Source: Candidatus Nitrospinota bacterium M3_3B_026
GTDB taxonomy: Bacteria; Nitrospinota_A; UBA7883; JBPRGF01
Reading direction: 5' to 3'
Length of the DNA: 64,000 bases
NCBI GenBank assembly: GCA_051418015.1
Contig: JBPRGF010000023.1
Span: 32,001 to 96,000, forward strand
Shown: positions 29,467 through 36,576 of the stretch, in pieces
Layout of the letters: the number at the start of each line of letters is the position of its first letter
Position numbering within the stretch: position 1 is the stretch's first letter
The notes under the pieces: model-generated
Database searches by the model: none
Told to the model about the DNA's origin: nothing
Seen by the model: the letters and a program-made list of their open reading frames with translations, nothing else
Position numbers and translations under genes: made by a program

Positions 29467-30756
29467 ATGAACGATTCCAGGAAATTATCGCGCGCCCGCC
29501 TCTCAGCGGCGGGGTTTTCGCTCCTGGCTCTATACCTTGCGCCCCTCCTGGTCCCGGATTACTCCGCGGCGGTAACGCCCTTTCTTGTCATATACCTTTC
29601 CGCCTTCGCCGTGTGGGGCGTAGTGGTGTGGGAGACGCTGAGGGCGGACGAGGCGGACGGGTGGGCTCTTTTCATCGTCGTGTTGTTCGCGATTCTTTTC
29701 CGGGTTGTGGTACTGCCGCAGGACTCCATCCTGGACGACGACCTTTACCGCTACGTCTGGGACGGGAGGATGTGGCTGAACGGGATAAACCCCTACCTTT
29801 ACCCCCCCAGCCACTCCGCCCTGGCCGCCTACAGGGACGATCTGATTTTCCCGAACATAAATTTCCCCCATGTCCCGACCATATACCCGCCGCTTTCCCA
29901 GTACGTCTTCGCCGGGGCCGTGGGACTTTTCGGCGGCAGCCTGGTGGGGATGAAGCTTTTCTGGACGCTTTTTGAGCTTCTGACCATCGCCGCCGTGGCG
30001 GGGCTTTTGAAAACGCTGGGGAGGAACCCCGTCCGGGCCGTCGTCTACGCATGGTGTCCGCTGGCTATAAAGGAGGTGGCGGGGTCGGGCCACCTGGACT
30101 CGCTGGCGGTCTTCCTGACGGTCATCGCCGTCTGGATGGCGGCCAGGCGCCCCGCCTTAAGCTCCGCGGCGCTGGGGGCGGCGGTGGCGGCGAAGCTTTA
30201 TCCCCTGGCGATCGCGCCCTTTTTCATCCGGCGGCTGGGATGGAGATTTTTGATTGCGCCAGTAGTCACGCTCCTGGCCTATGCCCCGTTCTTGTCCGTG
30301 GGCCCGTCAAAAATCTTCGCGGGGCTCATGGAGTACGCCGACAGATGGATGTTCAACCCGGGGCTTTTCGACGTGGCGCGGCGCGTCTTCTCCATCTTCT
30401 CCGAAAACGGCTTGGAGATGGCGAAAGCGGCGCTCGGGCTGGCCGTCGCGGCAGTCATTGTCTGGCTTTTTTACCGGGATGACGGGACGACACGGAAACT
30501 TTCGGAGTCCGTCATGTGGACGCTGGCCGCCCTGCTGCTCGCCGCGCCGACGGCGGACCCCTGGTACCTGCTCTGGTTTCTGCCGTTCATGGCCGCCGCG
30601 CCCTCCCCTGCCCTCTTTGCGTGGACCGGGCTTTCGTTTCTCAGCTATGGCTTTTACTACGAGGGGCGGGACATCGCCTGGTTCCGGGCGTTCGAATACA
30701 TACCCGTTTACGCCCTGCTTTTGTGGGAGGCGGCGCGGCGCCGGAAAAATCCTTGA
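29467..30756 (+). CDS. polytopic GT-C-fold glycosyltransferase (GT87-like)
   Basis: DDDLYRYVWDG, GINPY, TIYPP, GHLD, PWYLLW; many transmembrane helices. Confidence 0.78.
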   Translation: MNDSRKLSRARLSAAGFSLLALYLAPLLVPDYSAAVTPFLVIYLSAFAVWGVVVWETLRADEADGWALFIVVLFAILFRVVVLPQDSILDDDLYRYVWDGRMWLNGINPYLYPPSHSALAAYRDDLIFPNINFPHVPTIYPPLSQYVFAGAVGLFGGSLVGMKLFWTLFELLTIAAVAGLLKTLGRNPVRAVVYAWCPLAIKEVAGSGHLDSLAVFLTVIAVWMAARRPALSSAALGAAVAAKLYPLAIAPFFIRRLGWRFLIAPVVTLLAYAPFLSVGPSKIFAGLMEYADRWMFNPGLFDVARRVFSIFSENGLEMAKAALGLAVAAVIVWLFYRDDGTTRKLSESVMWTLAALLLAAPTADPWYLLWFLPFMAAAPSPALFAWTGLSFLSYGFYYEGRDIAWFRAFEYIPVYALLLWEAARRRKNP

Positions 30757-30761
30757 AAAAC

Positions 30762-30836
30762 TGGAGCCGGTGAGCGGACTTGAACCGCTGACCTGCTGAT
30801 TACGAATCAGCTGCTCTACCACTGAGCTACACCGGC
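30762..30836 (-). tRNA. tRNA-Thr(CGT)
   Basis: Reverse complement GCCGGTGTAGCTCAGTGGTAGAGCA-GCTGA-TTCGTAA-TCAGC-AGGTCAGCGGTTCAAGTCCGCTCACCGGCTCCA; complete cloverleaf with encoded CCA. Confidence 0.97.
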
Positions 30837-30987
30837 AGGAAAAGCCTTTCCAGAAGCGGAATTTTACCATAATATCAGACGTGAAACGAAGCTGGGGGCG
30901 CTTATTCATATCAGAAAAAACCTCCGGGCCCGGGCGGGCTATGCGAAAAGAAGCGGCGCGGGAGCCTGTCTATCCGAGGCTGCGGCG

Positions 30988-31335
30988 ATGGCGCATGATG
31001 CGCGAAAATCGAAGACGCGGCCGATCATCCTCTCCCTCGTCATCCTCACTCTGTCCTGCTCCGCCCCCTCCGGCGGCAGCGGCCGGGCCACCACAAAGGA
31101 CGGCCACGTCGCCTGCGAAAAAAGGGAGTGGATGGAGGATATGCTCGACTTCATAAGAACGAAAAACAAGGCCCAGTTCAGACGCTACATCGAAAACAAA
31201 AGATGCATCTTCATGAAAGGCGGCGTCGGCGTGAAGCTGCTCGGGACAAAGGCCAAACCCGTCAGAGTGGTGGTGGCTTTCGAATATCAAAACAAGGTCA
31301 TGTGGACATACTGGTCGAGCCTTGTGTATGACTAA
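30988..31335 (+). CDS. small exported hypothetical protein, possible lipoprotein
   Basis: Basic N-terminus, hydrophobic stretch ending LTLSC, two further cysteines; codon usage looks genic. Confidence 0.6.
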   Translation: MAHDARKSKTRPIILSLVILTLSCSAPSGGSGRATTKDGHVACEKREWMEDMLDFIRTKNKAQFRRYIENKRCIFMKGGVGVKLLGTKAKPVRVVVAFEYQNKVMWTYWSSLVYD

Positions 31336-31356
31336 AGGACGATCACGCCATGGGGC

Positions 31357-31403
31357 CGCTACGAAAACGTGACAAGGCGACCCGGTGCCACGTTTCCGTG
31401 GCA
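31357..31403. promoter_or_regulatory. tandem 18-bp palindromes, candidate enhancer (UAS) sites
   Basis: CGCTACG-AAAA-CGTGACA (31357-31374) and the perfect inverted repeat TGCCACG-TTTC-CGTGGCA (31386-31403), about 190-230 nt upstream of the predicted sigma-54 start site. Confidence 0.65.
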
Positions 31404-31531
31404 TCAATGATATGTAGCTGTATTGTAAAGCGTTATGCTCCTCCAGGGCGTTCCGTTTCGCTTTTATGTATGTTGCCCCGAACCCCGCGTCATTACACGC
31501 GGGGCGTCAGCCTGAGGCATTATTCCTGCAT

Positions 31532-31544
31532 TATCAACAAGTTA
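31532..31544 (+). promoter_or_regulatory. IHF-binding site
   Basis: TATCAACAAGTTA is an exact match to WATCAANNNNTTR and lies between the UAS and the -24/-12 box. Confidence 0.7.
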
Positions 31545-31562
31545 GAGCGGCGGCGCGAAAGA

Positions 31563-31578
31563 TGGCACGGGATGTGCT
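31563..31578 (+). promoter_or_regulatory. sigma-54 (-24/-12) promoter
   Basis: TGGCACGGGATGTGCT against the consensus TGGCACG-N4-TTGCW: one mismatch, correct GG-N10-GC spacing. Confidence 0.8.
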
Positions 31579-31588
31579 ACACTTACAG

Positions 31589-31744
31589 TTGCGACAGGCT
31601 GTTCGGGCGATAGACCTCGTTCGCCCGTCCAGATGTCGGTAACCATGGCGATTTAAAGCTTTGCTGTGGGTATTCGGAAAGAAATTTCCGGATAACTTAA
31701 GGCTGACGGCCTCGGGCGCTCCTCCCCGAGGTCGTCTTTTTTTT
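31589..31744 (+). ncRNA. candidate sigma-54-dependent small RNA (~155 nt, three hairpins)
   Basis: Starts 12 nt after the -12 GC; stem-loops at 31589-31642, 31657-31704 and 31705-31736, then T8; no meaningful ORF inside. Confidence 0.65.
31705..31744 (+). terminator. Rho-independent terminator
   Basis: GACGGCCTCGGG-cgctcctc-CCCGAGGTCGTC 12-bp stem (one G-U pair) followed by TTTTTTTT. Confidence 0.85.
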
Positions 31745-31997
31745 GACCCCGCGAAAAAATCACGCCCCAAAGGGGGTTAATGTATTTTTTCATTACAGAG
31801 CCAGAGGTTTGCTCCAACCGTAATCATTTGTTAAGATTAATCTTTTTGGCAGGAGTGCGATTATAATTGACCTTGGCGCCATATTTTTGCTATCTTCAGA
31901 ACGCAAGAGGGGTTTTTTCCCTGGGCCGCAAGGGTTTTTTCCTTCGGTTTCGGCGCGTATTTTCTAGAATAACAATAATCTACAGGTCATTTCCCGC

Positions 31998-32648
31998 ATG
32001 GGCGAGTTAAGAGACAAACTTTTTCTCCAGTTCATCAACCAGGCGCTGGACAAACTGAGGGGCGAGTTTCGCGAAAAGCACACCGCAAAGAAGGGCGACC
32101 GTTTTTTCATCAAGGGCATCACCTATGAGATAGGCCCCTGCCAGTTGGAAAACGGCGCTTTCGCCTTCGAGATAAGCTCCAAGATACCGAAAGAGGCGCT
32201 CCCCCCCGGCAAAAGCGCTGAAAGGTATTTCAACTCCGTGGTGAGGCTCGTCAAAAAGGCCGGGAAAAAGCCGGACGAAGCCAAGATGGAGAACATCATC
32301 CATAACACCCACGAGGAAGAGCTCAAGGAGCGGGACTACGTGAAACTCAAGTACCGCTACAGGGACGGCGACCTTTATACGCTCAAGGATATGGAGAAGA
32401 GGCTCAAGACCCACCAGGCGAAAAAGATCCCCCTGCCGGATATCCCCGGCGTCGCCACGCCGACCGGCAAGATCGTCCTTTCGCTGGTGACGGACTCCAT
32501 GTTCAAACTGGCCAAAAAGAACGTCCAGGACCTCGTCACCGCCAACGAGCAAATCAAGGCCGATTTCAAGGCGAAAGCCAGGACAGCGAAAAAACCGGCG
32601 GCGAAGAAAAAGAAAACCACCACCGGAAAACGGAAAGTGAAAGGATAG
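31998..32648 (+). CDS. hypothetical basic protein with K/A-rich C-terminal tail
   Basis: 216-aa ORF with strongly genic codon usage; possible own promoter TTGACC..TATCTT at ~31867-31895. Confidence 0.8.
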   Translation: MGELRDKLFLQFINQALDKLRGEFREKHTAKKGDRFFIKGITYEIGPCQLENGAFAFEISSKIPKEALPPGKSAERYFNSVVRLVKKAGKKPDEAKMENIIHNTHEEELKERDYVKLKYRYRDGDLYTLKDMEKRLKTHQAKKIPLPDIPGVATPTGKIVLSLVTDSMFKLAKKNVQDLVTANEQIKADFKAKARTAKKPAAKKKKTTTGKRKVKG

Positions 32649-32652
32649 AAAG

Positions 32653-33748
32653 ATGCGCGAGGATCTAAGCGAGTCCCTGGAGACAACCCGCTCCAAGCTC
32701 GAACGGATGCGAGGCCATCTTTGACATCCCCGGAAAAGTTTCAGAGCTTGCCGAGCTGGACAGGAAGATAGCCGCCCCCGGCTTCTGGGACGACCACGAG
32801 GCCGCCCAGCCCGTCATAAAACGCAAATCCGCCCTCGAAAAATCCGTCCGGGATTTCCAGGCCCTGGAGGGCAGGCTGGCCCATCTCGAGGAAATGGCGG
32901 AGCTTCTGCGGCAGGAGGAGGACGAGGCCATGACGGCCGATGCCTTCCGGGAGGCCGAAGCCCTGGCGGAGCAGACGGCGCGGATGGAGCTTGCCGTCAT
33001 GCTCGCGGGCGAGCACGACACCGACAACGCCATCGTGGAGATACACCCCGGCGCGGGCGGGACGGAGTCGCAGGACTGGGCGGAGATGCTCATGCGCATG
33101 TACCTGCGCTGGGCGGAGCGCAGGGGCTACAAGACCCGCGTCGTGGACATCCTCCCGGGCGAGGAGGCGGGGATAAAGTCGGCCACCTTCATGGTCTCGG
33201 GCGAGTACGCTTTCGGTTATCTCAAGGCCGAGGCGGGCGTCCACAGGCTTGTCAGGATATCCCCCTTCGACAGCCAGAAGCGCCGCCACACCTCCTTCTG
33301 CTCGGTCTCCGTGACGCCGGAGATCACCGACGAGGTGGAGGTGAAAATAAACGACGACGACCTGAAAATAGACACCTACCGCTCCTCCGGCGCCGGCGGC
33401 CAGCACGTGAACGTGACCGACTCGGCGGTGCGGATAACCCACGTCCCCACCGGGATCGTCGTCTCCTGCCAGAACGAGCGCAGCCAGCACAAGAACAAGG
33501 CCCTCGCCCTGAAGGTGCTGAAAGGCAAACTCTACGCCAGGGAGGAGGAGAAGCGCCGCCAGAAGATGGAGGGCCTCACGGGGGAGAAAAAGGGGATCGA
33601 ATGGGGCTCGCAGATACGATCCTACGTCCTCCAGCCCTACCAGATGGTAAAGGACCTGCGGACCAGGATAGAGATCGGTGACGTCAACCGCGTTCTCGAC
33701 GGCGATATCGACACGTTCATAGAAGGATACCTGCTGAGTGGACGCTGA
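32653..33748 (+). CDS. prfB: peptide chain release factor 2 (programmed +1 frameshift)
   Basis: ATG 32653 gives 23 codons ending CTT-TGA-C (32719-32725); the +1 frame is continuous with the 32894 ORF carrying the SPF and GAGGQ motifs. Confidence 0.97.
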
Positions 33749-33999
33749 ATGCTTTTCATTCATCATTCCAGCATTTGCATCGATTTCGCACATTAAATAT
33801 AACGAAACACGCCATAAACCCCCTCAAAAACCGGCCCCAAAACGGAAAAAGAATCTCCATCGAAAACCGGTCATCCTTCCCGATAGCCGGAATGGGGAAA
33901 GCGCCGGGGGTTGACAGTTTGCGCCCAGAGCGCGAGATTCCTTAAAGCCGGTGTCTTTAAAATCTGTGGCGGATCTGCTGTCATAAACTGGAGGTAGTT

Positions 34000-36369
34000 A
34001 TGGAGGAGAAAAGGGGGAGTCGCCCAAAAATTCCGGGAAAATCATTCATGACAGGCAAAGGCGCCGTGGCCGCGCTCATCGCGGTTCTGGCGTTTGCGCT
34101 ATCCGGGGCGCATGACGCGCGCGCAGCGAAGAAGGGAGGCCATGACTACGTAATTTCAATCAACTACGAGCTGGGGATGCACTGTACGGGGTTTGACTTT
34201 TCCTATTGTTGCGTGCTGCCCCCTTATAACAGCATCCTCACCCAAGTGGTCAAACATGGCCGGCTGGACGGGAGCGGCCTGCCGCAGGTTCTCGGAGCCG
34301 ACCCGAACGACCACAGCGTCCTAGTGGACGGCGACAAGCGTTTCAAGCTTTATTATGAGCACGTCGGCAACACCTACTCCGAAGGGAACAAGATGGCCTA
34401 CTGGAACGTTCCCTTCGACATCGACGGCGACGGCAACCCCTTCGAGCCGGGCGAATCGGTCGCCAACGCGGTTTTCCGCCACCTTTATATTTACAAGGAC
34501 CTTGAAGGCTCCAACCCCTCCGGGACCAGCAAGGACGCCGACAAGCTCAACGTCGGAGTGGACCTTCAGATACCGGTCGACTCCGGCCCCACGGGCCAGC
34601 CGGTATCCGGCAGCTACCTTAAATACTCCGGTGAGAAGGGCACCATCGTCTTCACCAAAAGCCCCGTGCTCGACAATACCCCGATAGTGCTGACGAACCC
34701 CGGCATCTGGGAGGCCCTGGGCCTGCCGCTCACCGGGTTCTACGACAAGGACGCCGAGAAGGGCTTTTTGAAACTTACGGAAAAAGACATCCAGCCCTAT
34801 CAGGAGGCGAGGGTCACCCTGGTGGACGCGAAGACCGGCAAGGCCATCATAGACTCCACCGGCAAGCCGGTCTCCTACACCGGGACGAACCCGATAGACG
34901 TCCCCAACTGCTTCAATTGCCACTCCAACGAAAACGCCAACGGCGTGAAGTTCGGCAAGTACAAGGGCGAGCTTGAATACTGGAAGTCCGTCGGCGCCTC
35001 CGACTGGATCGCCCAGCTGAAGGCCACGGCCATATCGATACTGGAGATCCACGACGCCTACCACGGCACGGACTTTCTGAAAAACTACAACCCCAAAGCC
35101 TCCAGCAACAGGCTGGGCCGCTCGCCGGTCATCTGCCAGGAGTGCCACGCGGACAACGTCATAGGCGTCCTCGGCTCCAAGACGGTCGATGACAAGACGG
35201 CGCCCAACGCCGACGCGAGCATGAAAGGCAAGACCATCTCCGCGCTGACGGAGGCGATCCACTCCAGGCACCAGCGCCTGCGCCCCCTGCCGGACTCCGA
35301 GGGCCGCACGGGCGCCTGCCAGGGATGTCACCCGGCCCACAGGCAGGATCGGAGCATGGAAAGCTACCCCATCACCCCGATGGGCGAGAACACCTACGCC
35401 AAGGCTGACAACCGCGACGCGGCCGGCGGCTGCTACGTGGGCCGCGACGTCCACTCCAACCCGAACAAGGACAAGGACGGCGCCGGGACGCCCGCCCACC
35501 TGAACGCTATCGGCGAATATCTCGCCGAGAATGTGGTCAAGGAGGATGGGAAGTTCAAGGGCCTCTGGTGCACCAACTGTCACAACCAGCTCTCCCGCGA
35601 GCTTTATGAGCGCGACAACCTGAAGAACGCCTTCAAACAGGAGGGCGACACCATCAGGGACAAGTCCCTCAGGCAGATCGCCAAGGCGATCGGCGTAAGC
35701 GAGAAAGAGCTGATCGAAAAATACATCGACCCGAAAGTCCCGCTCAAAGGGGAGGACGCCGGCAGCGGCGTCATCCTGACCTGGGCGAAGGAACGCCTGG
35801 TACCCTCCATCGCGGTCATCGAGGTCAGCGACAAGGGCCCGGTGGTCAGCAAGGACGCGGACGGCGACGTCAACGTGAAGATACTCTCCGCCAACCCGTC
35901 GGCCAAGGTGAAGAACGGCGCGGCGGTGCCCTACGAGGCGGCCACCCACGGGCGGGACTATTGGCTCTCCCCCGGCGAGCCGCACTGCGCGGACTGCCAC
36001 GCCCCGCCCTTCGTCGAGGGCCAGGGGGGAGTGGCCTTCCCGATCAACCAGCCCGGCAAGTACTCCCTGATGAGATACTCCAAGGGCCACGCGGGGCTCT
36101 CCTGCCAGTTCTGCCACGAGTCGATCCACGGCCTCTACCCGGTGACCGACAAGGTGGACCTCACCACCTACAGGCAGGCGGCCATGATGAACCCCGACGG
36201 CTCCCACGGCCCGGTCAAGTGCGCGGCGTGCCACGAGGTGAACAAAAACGGCGTGCCGAAGCTGGCCGAGGACAGGGAGTGGAACGGCAGGAAGATCGGC
36301 TCCGACTACGACGCGGCGGTGAGCTACATGCACTCCATCGCGCCGGACCTGGGCGGGGCCAACCCCTGA
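34000..36369 (+). CDS. exported multiheme c-type cytochrome (7 CxxCH)
   Basis: Signal peptide ending ARA; CFNCH, CQECH, CQGCH, CTNCH, CADCH, CQFCH, CAACH; N-terminal GMHCTGFDFSYCCVLPPYN; GGAGG ribosome-binding site. Confidence 0.9.
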   Translation: MEEKRGSRPKIPGKSFMTGKGAVAALIAVLAFALSGAHDARAAKKGGHDYVISINYELGMHCTGFDFSYCCVLPPYNSILTQVVKHGRLDGSGLPQVLGADPNDHSVLVDGDKRFKLYYEHVGNTYSEGNKMAYWNVPFDIDGDGNPFEPGESVANAVFRHLYIYKDLEGSNPSGTSKDADKLNVGVDLQIPVDSGPTGQPVSGSYLKYSGEKGTIVFTKSPVLDNTPIVLTNPGIWEALGLPLTGFYDKDAEKGFLKLTEKDIQPYQEARVTLVDAKTGKAIIDSTGKPVSYTGTNPIDVPNCFNCHSNENANGVKFGKYKGELEYWKSVGASDWIAQLKATAISILEIHDAYHGTDFLKNYNPKASSNRLGRSPVICQECHADNVIGVLGSKTVDDKTAPNADASMKGKTISALTEAIHSRHQRLRPLPDSEGRTGACQGCHPAHRQDRSMESYPITPMGENTYAKADNRDAAGGCYVGRDVHSNPNKDKDGAGTPAHLNAIGEYLAENVVKEDGKFKGLWCTNCHNQLSRELYERDNLKNAFKQEGDTIRDKSLRQIAKAIGVSEKELIEKYIDPKVPLKGEDAGSGVILTWAKERLVPSIAVIEVSDKGPVVSKDADGDVNVKILSANPSAKVKNGAAVPYEAATHGRDYWLSPGEPHCADCHAPPFVEGQGGVAFPINQPGKYSLMRYSKGHAGLSCQFCHESIHGLYPVTDKVDLTTYRQAAMMNPDGSHGPVKCAACHEVNKNGVPKLAEDREWNGRKIGSDYDAAVSYMHSIAPDLGGANP

Positions 36370-36417
36370 CCGGACTGATGTAACCGACGAACGGCCGGCG
36401 GGCTTTTTAACCAGCGA

Positions 36418-36505
36418 CCCCTCCCCCTTGAAGGGGGAGGGCTGGGAGGGGGTGATATTTTTCAGCCCCCCTCCCCTTTGTCCCCTCCCGCCGGGGGAGG
36501 GGGAG
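36418..36505. repeat. REP-like palindromic repeat, family A
   Basis: CCCCTCCCCCTTGAAGGGGGAGGG...CCCCCTCCCCTTTGTCCCCTCCCGCCGGGGGAGGGGG, matching 23529-23614. Confidence 0.8.
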
Positions 36506-36527
36506 ATGGAGAAGCTCAACCAAAAAT

Positions 36528-36560
36528 CGGCGGGCTTTTTCGGGCCCGCCGGCCGTTTTT
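36528..36560 (+). terminator. Rho-independent terminator after the multiheme cytochrome gene
   Basis: CGGCGGGC-tttttcgg-GCCCGCCG stem then a T tract; a longer pairing partner lies at 36391-36403. Confidence 0.65.
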
Positions 36561-36576
36561 ACTTTAAAATTCTCTT

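Noticed and set aside
30762..31335. Genomic island integrated at tRNA-Thr
   Set aside because: No integrase and no duplicated tRNA 3' end were seen; the tRNA 3' end abuts a native-looking glycosyltransferase gene.
31589..31744. 6S RNA, tmRNA, SRP RNA or a known riboswitch
   Set aside because: By eye it lacks the single long 6S rod, tRNA-like ends, the SRP loop motif and any aptamer core I recognise; an Rfam scan is still needed.
31350..31770. ORFs 31350-31613 (+), 31534-31770 (-) and the ATG-GCG-ATT-TAA mini-ORF
   Set aside because: They have no convincing ribosome-binding site or genic composition and they overlap the promoter elements; a non-coding reading explains the region better.
32653..32893. 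prfB as a pseudogene
   Set aside because: The stop sits in the canonical CTT-TGA-C programmed frameshift site.
33774..33800. Possible CRP-like site upstream of the multiheme cytochrome (TTGCA-N6-TCGCA)
   Set aside because: Too many mismatches to TGTGA-N6-TCACA to support a call.
34000..36369. MccA/SirA, NrfA or HAO assignment for the multiheme cytochrome
   Set aside because: It has no CX15CH or CxxCK motif, only seven canonical motifs, and no associated maturation or quinol-oxidising genes.
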